Assembly: GCA_038234975.1 (NCBI GenBank) | Contig: JBBSUK010000003.1 | Coordinates: 1,678 to 65,677 of the forward strand | Direction of reading: 5' to 3' | DNA from: Burkholderiales bacterium | GTDB taxonomy: Bacteria > Pseudomonadota > Gammaproteobacteria > Burkholderiales > Burkholderiaceae_C | DNA: 64,000 bases | Part shown: piece after piece, positions 40,906-48,924 of the stretch | How positions within the stretch are numbered: position 1 is the stretch's first letter | Layout: every line of letters starts with the position of its first letter | The notes under the pieces: model-generated | Told to the model about the DNA's origin: nothing | Seen by the model: only the letters and a program-made list of their open reading frames with translations | Databases searched by the model: none | Position numbers and translations under genes: made by a program

Positions 40906-42260
40906 AACTTGTGCGGAAGCCAGAGCACGATCTGCGGGAAGACCACGCACAGCGCCACGCCGATCGCCTGCAGGCCGATGAACGGAAGGGCCGATCGGAA
41001 GATCGTCGCCATGCTGATCTCGGGCGGGGCCACGCTCTTCAGGTAGAAGAGTGAATAGCCGAAAGGCGGACTGAGGAAGGCCATCTGCATGTTGACCATG
41101 AAGATCACGCCGTACCACAGCGAGATGTCCTTCGGGCTCAGGCCCTCGAAGCCGAACAGGCCGGCGAACTCGACCGACTGCAGGATGGGCACGAAGATGG
41201 GCACCGTCAGCAGCAGGATGCCGACCCAGTCGAGGAACATGCCGAGCACGAACAGCACGACCATCATCAGCAGCAGGATCCCGTAGGGCCCGAGGCCGGT
41301 GCCGATGATCGACTCGGCCACGAACGTCTGACCGCCCTTGATGATGAAGAAGCCGACGAACATCGTCGCGCCGAAGAAGATCCACATCACCATCGCCGTC
41401 GCCTTCAGCGTCGAGATGCCGGCGTCCTGCACGTTGACCCAGTTCAGCCGCCCGTGCAGGGCGCACACGAACAGCGCCCCGAACGTGCCGATCCCGGCCG
41501 CCTCGACCGGCGTGGCGATGCCGACGAAGATGACGCCGAGCACGAGCGTGATGAGCAGGATCGGCGCGATCGTCTTGCGCAGCAGGCGCAGCTTCTCCGG
41601 GAAGTCGACCCGCTCCTCGACCGGCAGCGCCGGCCCGAGCTTCGGGTCGATCGTGCAGCGAACGGTGATGTAGGCGACGTACATCCCGGCCAGCAGCAGC
41701 CCCGGGAAGACCGAGCCGATCAGCAGCTCGCCGAGCGACTGCTGCGCCACCACCGCGTAGACGATGGCCATCACCGAGGGCGGGATGAGGATGCCGAGCG
41801 TGCCGCCGGCGAGCAGCGATCCGCAGGCGATCTTCTGGTCGTAGCCGCGCTTGAGCATCGCCGGCAGCGCGATCATGCCCATCGTGATCTCGGTCGCGCC
41901 GACGACGCCGACCATCGCCGCCAGCGCCGTGCAGGCGATGACGGTGGCCGACGCAAGGCCGCCCTTGAGCGAGCCGAGCCACTTGTAGATGACGTCGAAC
42001 AGCTCCTCGATGATCCCCGCCTTCTCGAGCATCGCCGCCATGAAGATGAACAGCGGCACGGCCGACAGCTGGTAGTCGGTCATGAACGGGAAGATGCGCG
42101 ACGGCATCATGTTCAGCACCGCAGGCGTGCCGAACACGAACAGGAAGATCACGGCCAGGCTGCCGGTGCAGAACGCCATCGGCAGCCCGAGCATCAGCAG
42201 CACGCCGAGCGAGCCGAACAGGAGCAGCGACAGCCAGGCGATCGGGATCTCGAGGCCCAT
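40890..42260 (-). CDS. dctM: TRAP transporter large permease
   Basis: LSAVPLFIFM, GGTLGILIPPS, PVEAAGIG, FLSPPFG. Confidence 0.93.
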   Translation of the reverse strand: MGLEIPIAWLSLLLFGSLGVLLMLGLPMAFCTGSLAVIFLFVFGTPAVLNMMPSRIFPFMTDYQLSAVPLFIFMAAMLEKAGIIEELFDVIYKWLGSLKGGLASATVIACTALAAMVGVVGATEITMGMIALPAMLKRGYDQKIACGSLLAGGTLGILIPPSVMAIVYAVVAQQSLGELLIGSVFPGLLLAGMYVAYITVRCTIDPKLGPALPVEERVDFPEKLRLLRKTIAPILLITLVLGVIFVGIATPVEAAGIGTFGALFVCALHGRLNWVNVQDAGISTLKATAMVMWIFFGATMFVGFFIIKGGQTFVAESIIGTGLGPYGILLLMMVVLFVLGMFLDWVGILLLTVPIFVPILQSVEFAGLFGFEGLSPKDISLWYGVIFMVNMQMAFLSPPFGYSLFYLKSVAPPEISMATIFRSALPFIGLQAIGVALCVVFPQIVLWLPHKFYAGG

Positions 42261-42262
42261 GC

Positions 42263-43393
42263 TCAGGCTTTCCCGTGGCGGGTGACGATGACGATGTCCT
42301 TGACGAGCTTCGACAGGCCCTGCAGCACGATGAGCGCGCCGCCGATCGGGATCGCGAGCTTCACGGGCCAGTACTGGATCCCCCACTCGGTGAACGACGA
42401 CTCGTGGTTGGCGATGGCGTCGCCGGCGAAGCGCCAGCCGGTCCAGAACAGCGTGAGGGTGAAGATGAAGAAGAAGACCGACGTGACAATGTCGGCGATG
42501 GCCTTGCCGCGCGGCGAGAAGCGGGTGTAGAGCACGTCGACCCGCACGTGCTGGTCCTCTCGGTAGGCGTAGGCGCCGCACAGCATGTACTGCATGCCGA
42601 ACATCAGGAACATGCTCTCGTGGACCCAGTTGGTCGGCGAGTTGAAGACGTAGCGCGCGATCACCTCGTAGTAGTAGACGAAGACCGCGATCACGGCCCA
42701 ATAGGCGACGTACTCGCCGACGCGCGTGTTGACGGTGTCGATCCAGTCGGTGAAGCGGGTGCGAACGACCAGCCCGGGATCTTCGGCGGTGCCCTGCGGC
42801 GCGACGTGCGGTTCGTGCGCGACCGGGTCGTCGGCGTAGCCAGCGCCGGCCCAAAGCGCGCGGCGCCGCTTCACCATCGACGGGATCAGCAACGCGTCTG
42901 CCACCAACAGCACGGCGATCACGATGACGAGGATGCGCGCGTAGTCCTTCCAGCGATCCTGCGCGGCGTGCGCCGCGACGGACTCCTTCTCGAGGCCGCG
43001 TGCCTCTTCCTGCGCCGCGGCGAGCGTGCGCGCTTCATCGGTGGTCGGTGCGGCGGCGTCGAGCGGCGCCGCGCGCCGGACCGTGATGTCGGCCCGCTCG
43101 CTGGCGGCGGTCGTTCGAGACACGTCGTCGCGGAGCTCGCGCACCTGCGAGTTGCAGTAGAGAACGGCCAGGAACAGCGGTACGTACAGGAACCCCCACC
43201 CGCTCTTCAGGTACAGCCGGTGCAGGCCCATGAAGCCGCCGAACAGCCAGAACAGGTAGGCGTTGAACATCAGCGGCGCGCGCGGCGCGCCCAGGCGCTT
43301 CTGTCGTGCCACGAAGAACATGGCGACGAACGGAAAGACGACGAGCACGCCCCAGTACAGCCAGTGCGGAAGGACGAACGTGAGCGAGGGCAT
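42263..43393 (-). CDS. TRAP small permease (DctQ) with an N-terminal TM2-like domain
   Basis: N-terminal AYLFWLFGGFMGLHRLYL and C-terminal YEVIARYVFNSPTNW...HVRVDVLY. Confidence 0.85.
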   Translation of the reverse strand: MPSLTFVLPHWLYWGVLVVFPFVAMFFVARQKRLGAPRAPLMFNAYLFWLFGGFMGLHRLYLKSGWGFLYVPLFLAVLYCNSQVRELRDDVSRTTAASERADITVRRAAPLDAAAPTTDEARTLAAAQEEARGLEKESVAAHAAQDRWKDYARILVIVIAVLLVADALLIPSMVKRRRALWAGAGYADDPVAHEPHVAPQGTAEDPGLVVRTRFTDWIDTVNTRVGEYVAYWAVIAVFVYYYEVIARYVFNSPTNWVHESMFLMFGMQYMLCGAYAYREDQHVRVDVLYTRFSPRGKAIADIVTSVFFFIFTLTLFWTGWRFAGDAIANHESSFTEWGIQYWPVKLAIPIGGALIVLQGLSKLVKDIVIVTRHGKA

Positions 43394-43465
43394 CGGTGGG
43401 GGAGTGCAGTTCCGACAGCGTCACGCCGCCCGAAGGCGGCGTGACGGGGCAACAGCGCGCGACGG

Positions 43466-44581
43466 TCAGGCCTTGACCGACAGACCCTTGTACATGTCGG
43501 GGGTGACGTAGCCGACCGTGGGAGACTCCATGACCGCAAGCTGCATCTTGAAGATCTTCGCCGCGTCGGCGTCCTTGTTGGCCCATTTGAACCAGATCGG
43601 CACCGCGACCTTCTGGAACTGCGGCAGGTCCTCGGCCGGCAGCCGGTTGATGGTGACGCCGGCCTTCTCGAACTTGCCCCAGGCTTCCATGTCGGCCTTC
43701 TGGATCGCGCCGAAGTGGATGTTCGAGTAGACCTGGATCTCGTCGTCGAGCCAGACCTTCATCTTCGGCGAGAGCTTGTTCCAGACGTCCATCCTGACGA
43801 CGAAGTCCATCAGGTCGACCGGCTGGTAGATCGACTCGAGCCCCGGGGGCCCGGTCCAGATGTACTTGGTGACCTGCTGGAAGCCGAGGTCCCAGTTGAC
43901 GGCCGGGCCGGTGTAGTCGGCGGCGTCGACGGTGCCCTTCTCCAGGGCCGAGAACACCTCGCTGCCGGGCAGCAGCGTCGTCTTCGCGCCGATCGCCGCA
44001 AAGCCTTCGGCGATCATGCCACCGGGTACGCGCAGCTTGAGGTCCTTGAAGTCGGCGATGCCGCGGATCGGCTTCTTCGAGTGGATGATGTTCGGGCCGT
44101 GGTGGATCCGGTTGACGTAGTAGAGGCCCTGCTTGGCGAACAGGTCGCGCGCTGCCTGCAGGCCGCCCTGGCTGTAGAAGAAGATGTCCCACTCGTGCGG
44201 GTAGCGCAGGCCCATGAGGTAGGAACTGAGGAACGCCGTGGCGGGCATCTTGCCGGCCCAGTAGAGCGTGAACGAGTTCATCGCCTCGAGCACGCCGTTC
44301 TTCACGCCGTCCAGGAGCTCGAAGTCGCCGACGACTTCCTTGGCCGCGAACGGCTTGATCTCGAGCTCGCCGCCGGTCTTCTCCTTCACCGTCGCGGCCC
44401 AGGCCTTGAACGTCGCCAGGCCGATGCCGGCGGGCCATGACGTCTGCACCTTCCAGGTCGTCGTCGTCGCGGCGCGGGCGTTGCCGATGAAAGGCGCGCC
44501 GAGCAGGGCCGTCGCGCCCACGCTGGCGGCCTTGACGAAGCCGCGGCGTTGCGCCAAGGGGGTTTCGGAATCGTTGCGCAT
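43466..44581 (-). CDS. dctP: TRAP substrate-binding protein with a Tat signal
   Basis: QRRGFVK twin-Arg signal, LKLRVPGG, FSALEKGTVDAAD. Confidence 0.92.
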   Translation of the reverse strand: MRNDSETPLAQRRGFVKAASVGATALLGAPFIGNARAATTTTWKVQTSWPAGIGLATFKAWAATVKEKTGGELEIKPFAAKEVVGDFELLDGVKNGVLEAMNSFTLYWAGKMPATAFLSSYLMGLRYPHEWDIFFYSQGGLQAARDLFAKQGLYYVNRIHHGPNIIHSKKPIRGIADFKDLKLRVPGGMIAEGFAAIGAKTTLLPGSEVFSALEKGTVDAADYTGPAVNWDLGFQQVTKYIWTGPPGLESIYQPVDLMDFVVRMDVWNKLSPKMKVWLDDEIQVYSNIHFGAIQKADMEAWGKFEKAGVTINRLPAEDLPQFQKVAVPIWFKWANKDADAAKIFKMQLAVMESPTVGYVTPDMYKGLSVKA

Positions 44582-44600
44582 CGAATCTCCTGGGGGGTGT

Positions 44601-44618
44601 GTTACGGGGCACGGTAAC
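44601..44618. promoter_or_regulatory. Possible operator GTTAC-N8-GTAAC
   Basis: Inverted repeat in the divergent dctP/HAD intergenic gap. Confidence 0.3.
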
Positions 44619-44673
44619 GTCGTCTGGTCGACGGCAACACCGCGTTTACCCGGCGCCACGCTACGCTACACCG

Positions 44674-45408
44674 ATGCCTGCCACTTCCGCTCCGTTCGAA
44701 CCGGCGACCGTCCGCGCGCTCGCGTTCGACGTCTTCGGCACCGTCGTCGACTGGCGCTCGTCGATCATCCGCGACGGCGAGGCGCTGTCGGCTGCCAAAG
44801 GGATCAGGGTCGACTGGGCCGCGTTCGCCGACGCCTGGCGGGCCGGCTACCAGCCGGCGATGCAGCGGGCGCGCAGCGGTGAGATCGCCTGGGCCAACAT
44901 CGACGGCCTGCACCGTTCGATCCTCGACACGTTGCTGCCGCGCTTCGGCCTGCAGGCGCTCTCGGCGGCGGAGTTCGAACACCTGAATTTCGTCTGGCAT
45001 CGGCTCGACCCGTGGCCCGACGCTGTCGCCGGCCTCAAGCGGCTGAAGTCGCGGTTCGTGATCTCGACGCTGTCCAACGGCAACGTCTCGCTCCTCGTGG
45101 ACCTGGCCAGGCATGGTGCGCTGCCATGGGACTGCGTACTCTCTGCCGAGCTGTTTCGCCACTACAAGCCCGATCCCGAGGTCTACCTCGGCGCGGCGCA
45201 GCTGCTCGGCGTAAAGGCCGGGGAGGTGCTCATGGTGGCAGCGCATCCGGGCGATCTCGAGGCGGCGCAGCGGGCGGGCCTCAGGACGGCGTACGTGCCG
45301 AGACCGCTCGAGCACGGGCTGCATCACGCTGCGGAACCGATCGGCGCGCGCACGTTCGACATCACGGCGGAAGACTTCAATGCGCTGGCCAGACAACTCG
45401 GCGTCTGA
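44674..45408 (+). CDS. Haloacid dehalogenase type II-like HAD hydrolase
   Basis: FDVFGTVVDW, TLSNG, YKPDPEVY, VAAHPGDL. Confidence 0.88.
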   Translation: MPATSAPFEPATVRALAFDVFGTVVDWRSSIIRDGEALSAAKGIRVDWAAFADAWRAGYQPAMQRARSGEIAWANIDGLHRSILDTLLPRFGLQALSAAEFEHLNFVWHRLDPWPDAVAGLKRLKSRFVISTLSNGNVSLLVDLARHGALPWDCVLSAELFRHYKPDPEVYLGAAQLLGVKAGEVLMVAAHPGDLEAAQRAGLRTAYVPRPLEHGLHHAAEPIGARTFDITAEDFNALARQLGV

Positions 45409-45463
45409 GGATGAGGCGCAGCGCCGTGTATGATGTGTATAGAGGGCAAAACTCATACATATC

Positions 45464-45769
45464 GTGCGCACCAACATCGACATCGACGACCACGTGCTCG
45501 AACAGGCGATGCGGGCCGGGCCGTACAAGACGAAGAAGGACGCGGTCGAGGCCGGCTTGAAGTTGCTCGCGCGCCAGGCCGCGTATCGCGAGCTCCTCAA
45601 GTGGGAAGGCAAGCTCGAGTGGGACGGCGAGCCGTGGAGCGCGCACGACAAGCGCATCGCGCGGGCGGGGCAGTCCGTTCGTCCTGCCGTGGCCACGGGC
45701 GAATCTTCGTACCGACCGCCGCTGGCGCAGGAGCCCGGTTCAGGCAAGCGCAGCCATGGTCGTCGTTGA
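45464..45769 (+). CDS. vapB: VapB-type antitoxin
   Basis: RTNIDIDD.VL..AM...KTKKDAVE.GL ribbon-helix-helix pattern. Overlaps the PIN gene by 14 nt. Confidence 0.85.
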   Translation: MRTNIDIDDHVLEQAMRAGPYKTKKDAVEAGLKLLARQAAYRELLKWEGKLEWDGEPWSAHDKRIARAGQSVRPAVATGESSYRPPLAQEPGSGKRSHGRR

Positions 45770-46157
45770 CTCGAGTGTCTGGATCGACTTCTTCAACGGC
45801 GCACGCAACCCCGCGCACACCGCCCTGCGCCGCTTGCTCGACGACGGCGACGTCCGCCTGGTCGTTCCCGATCTGGTGCTCTTCGAGGTCTTGCGCGGCT
45901 TTCGCCACGAGCGCGATCTGCGCCAGGCCCGCACGCTGATGGAAAGCCTCGACGTCGAAGACAGCGGCGGCGCCGCGGCGGCGTTCGCGGCGGCGCAGCA
46001 TTACCGCAGCCTGCGCGCAGGCGGCACCACCGTGCGCAGCGCCCTCGACGTGTTGCTCGCGAGCTTCTGCATCGAGCACGACTACGCCTTGCTGCCCAGC
46101 GACCGCGACTTCGACTCCTTCGAGTTGCAGCGCGGCCTGCGCGTCTGGCGGCACTGA
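45756..46157 (+). CDS. vapC: PIN-domain toxin
   Basis: VVDSSVWIDFF, LFEVLRG, LDVLLA, SDRDF (acidic tetrad retained). Confidence 0.9.
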   Translation: MVVVDSSVWIDFFNGARNPAHTALRRLLDDGDVRLVVPDLVLFEVLRGFRHERDLRQARTLMESLDVEDSGGAAAAFAAAQHYRSLRAGGTTVRSALDVLLASFCIEHDYALLPSDRDFDSFELQRGLRVWRH

Positions 46158-46167
46158 GGCTCCTGTC

Positions 46168-47307
46168 GTGGACAACATCTACCTGACCCCCGAGCACGAA
46201 CTGCTGCGCGAGCAGGTCGCGCGCTTCATCGCCCGCGAGGTCGAGCCGCACGCACTGGCCTGGGAAGCCGAAGGTTGCACGCCGCGCGAGGTCATGCGCA
46301 AGCTCGGCGCGGCGGGGCTGCTCGGTCTGATGTACGCGAGCGAACACGGCGGCGCCGACGCCGACGCGCTCGCCAACCTCGTCTTCGCCGAGGCGATGTC
46401 GCAATCGACCTTCGGCGGCTTCATCATCACCGTGCTCGTCCACACCGACATGGCGAGCCCGCACCTGCACCATGCCGGCACGGCCGAGCAGAAGGCGCGC
46501 TGGATGCCCGGCATCACGGCGGGCGAGACGATCACCGCGGTCGGCATCACCGAGCCCGGCGCGGGCTCCGACGTCGCCGGCATCCGCACGACGGCCAGGC
46601 GCTCGGCAGACGGCAGCGAGTGGATCATCGACGGCAGCAAGATCTTCATCACCAACGGTGTGCTCGCGGATCTGTACTTCATCGCCGCCAAGACGGGTGA
46701 AGGCCGGCATGCGATGTCGATGTTCATCGTCGAGAAAGGCACCCCGGGGTTTCGGGTCGGCCGCTCGCTCGACAAGTCGGGCTGGCTCTCGTCCGACACC
46801 GCCGAGCTCTTTCTCGACGGCTGCCGGATCCCGGCCGCCAACCTGCTGGGCGAGGAGAACGGCGGCTTCTACTCGGTGATGAAGAATTTCCAGACCGAGC
46901 GCATCGCCCTCGGTGCGATGGCCGTCGGACACTGCACGCAAGCGCTGGCCCTGACGCTCGACCACGTACGCACGCGCAAGGCGTTCGGCGCGACGCTGTT
47001 CGAGAAGCAGGCGGTGCGCCAGCGCCTGGCGATGCTCGACGCGAAGACGCGGTCGGCCCGCGCCTTCATGTACCACTGTGCCTGGCGCGTGACGCAGGGG
47101 CACGACGTGGTGCAGGAGGTCTCGATGCTGAAGGCGCTCACCGGCGAGCTCGTCAACGAGGTCGTCTCCGGCTGTCAGCAGTTCCACGGCGGCATGGGCT
47201 ACATGCGCGGCACGCCGATCGAGCGGCTCTGGCGCGACGCGCGAGTGCTGGCGATCGGCGGCGGCGCGACCGAGGTGATGCTCGACGAGGTGGCGAAGCG
47301 GTATTGA
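46168..47307 (+). CDS. Acyl-CoA dehydrogenase
   Basis: ITEPGAGSDVA, GSKIFITNG, QQFHGGMGY, IGGGATEVM. Confidence 0.93.
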   Translation: MDNIYLTPEHELLREQVARFIAREVEPHALAWEAEGCTPREVMRKLGAAGLLGLMYASEHGGADADALANLVFAEAMSQSTFGGFIITVLVHTDMASPHLHHAGTAEQKARWMPGITAGETITAVGITEPGAGSDVAGIRTTARRSADGSEWIIDGSKIFITNGVLADLYFIAAKTGEGRHAMSMFIVEKGTPGFRVGRSLDKSGWLSSDTAELFLDGCRIPAANLLGEENGGFYSVMKNFQTERIALGAMAVGHCTQALALTLDHVRTRKAFGATLFEKQAVRQRLAMLDAKTRSARAFMYHCAWRVTQGHDVVQEVSMLKALTGELVNEVVSGCQQFHGGMGYMRGTPIERLWRDARVLAIGGGATEVMLDEVAKRY

Positions 47308-47393
47308 GCTCGGCCTGAGGCGAAGGCCGGGGAACCCCGGTCAGGCGCGGCGCTTGCCTGCAAGGCAGGTTGCCACGACTGGTTTCGCTGCCC

Positions 47394-47891
47394 ATGACCG
47401 CTCCGCCCCGCACCACGCACATCGACGTCGTCCTCAACGGCGACCCTTACGCCGCCGACATCGCGCCCTGGGTGACGCTGCTCGACCTGCTGCGCGAGCG
47501 TGCCGGCTGCAGCGGCGTGAAGAAGGGCTGCGACCACGGCCAGTGCGGCGCCTGCACCGTGATCGTCGACGGGAGGCGCATCAACAGTTGCCTCAAGCTG
47601 GCGGCCTGTGTCGACGGCGCCGAGGTGACGACGATCGAGGGACTGGCCAAGGACGGGCGGCTCGACCCGTTGCAGCAGGCCTTCATCGACCACGACGCAT
47701 TCCAGTGCGGCTACTGCACGCCGGGCCAGATCTGCTCGGCGCGGGCGCTCGTCGACGAAGGCCGGGCGACGACACGCGACGAGGTGCGCGAGTGGATGAG
47801 CGGCAACCTGTGCCGCTGCGGCGCCTACGCCAACATCACCGATGCGGTGATGAGCGTGCTGCAGGCGCAGGACAGCGGGAGCGCCGCATGA
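47394..47891 (+). CDS. Molybdoenzyme 2x[2Fe-2S] subunit (PaoA/YagT-like)
   Basis: KKGCDHGQCGACTV, QCGYCTPGQ, GNLCRCGAY. Confidence 0.92.
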   Translation: MTAPPRTTHIDVVLNGDPYAADIAPWVTLLDLLRERAGCSGVKKGCDHGQCGACTVIVDGRRINSCLKLAACVDGAEVTTIEGLAKDGRLDPLQQAFIDHDAFQCGYCTPGQICSARALVDEGRATTRDEVREWMSGNLCRCGAYANITDAVMSVLQAQDSGSAA

Positions 47892-48901
47892 TCCGCTTCG
47901 ACTTCGAGCGCGTCGCCGACGTCGCCGGGGCCGTTCGGGCCGGGGCCGCGCCCGGCACCCGCTTTCTCGCCGGCGGCACCAACCTAGTCGACCTGATGAA
48001 GGAAAACGTCGAGCGGCCGACGCGGCTGATCGACATCGGCCGGCTGCCGCTGGCCGGCATCGAGGAGGTCGACGGCGGACTGCGTCTCGGCGCGCTCGCG
48101 ACCAATGCCGACACCGCCGACGACCCGCGGGTGCGACAGCGCTACCCGGTGCTCGCCTCGGCCATCCTCGCCGGCGCCAGCCCGCAACTGCGCCACGCCG
48201 CCACCGACGGCGGAAACCTCAACCAGCGCACCCGCTGCTACTACTTCTACGACACCGCCGCGGCGTGCAACAAGCGCGCGCCGGGTTCGGGGTGCGGTGC
48301 GATGGGCGGGCTGACGCGCATCCACGCCATCCTCGGCGCGAGCGACGCCTGCATCGCCACCCACCCGTCTGACATGTGCGTGGCGCTGGCCGTGCTCGAC
48401 GCCAGGGTGCGCGTCAGCGGGCCGGGCGGCGATCGCGTCATCCCCTTCGCCGACTACCACCGCCTGCCGGGCGACACGCCCGAGCGGGACAACACGCTCG
48501 AGCCTGGCGAGCTGGTCACCGCCATCGACCTGCCCGACGAGGACTTCAGCGGCCATCACACCTACCTGAAGCTGCGCGACCGCCTGTCGTACGCTTTCGC
48601 GCTGGTGTCGGTCGCGGTGGTCATGCGCCTCGACGATGACGGTCGCATCGGCGAGGCGCGCGTCGCGCTCGGCGGCGTCGCGCACAAGCCCTGGCGCGTT
48701 GCCGAGGCCGAGGCGTCGCTGCGCGGTGCCGCGGCGTCGCCGCTGGCCTTCGCCGAGGTCGCGGCCGCGATCACCGCCGGCGCCGTCGGCCAGGGCGACA
48801 ACGATTTCAAGATCGAGCTGGCGCGTCGCGCCGTCGTGCGGGCGTTGCAGCAGGCCTACGACGGCACGCCGCAGTCGCAGACCGACAAGCGCGTCGCGTG
48901 A
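47888..48901 (+). CDS. Molybdoenzyme FAD subunit (PaoB/YagS-like)
   Basis: AGGTNLVDLMK, RTRCYYFYD...CNKR.PGSGC, CIATHPSDM (extra Cys cluster typical of PaoB). Confidence 0.9.
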   Translation: MIRFDFERVADVAGAVRAGAAPGTRFLAGGTNLVDLMKENVERPTRLIDIGRLPLAGIEEVDGGLRLGALATNADTADDPRVRQRYPVLASAILAGASPQLRHAATDGGNLNQRTRCYYFYDTAAACNKRAPGSGCGAMGGLTRIHAILGASDACIATHPSDMCVALAVLDARVRVSGPGGDRVIPFADYHRLPGDTPERDNTLEPGELVTAIDLPDEDFSGHHTYLKLRDRLSYAFALVSVAVVMRLDDDGRIGEARVALGGVAHKPWRVAEAEASLRGAAASPLAFAEVAAAITAGAVGQGDNDFKIELARRAVVRALQQAYDGTPQSQTDKRVA

Positions 48902-48924
48902 GCTCCCGAATGGAAGGACCGACC

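Noticed and set aside
47310-47375. Small hairpins between the ACAD and pao-like genes
   Set aside because: Stems are 5-6 bp with no U-tract, which is common by chance at this GC content.
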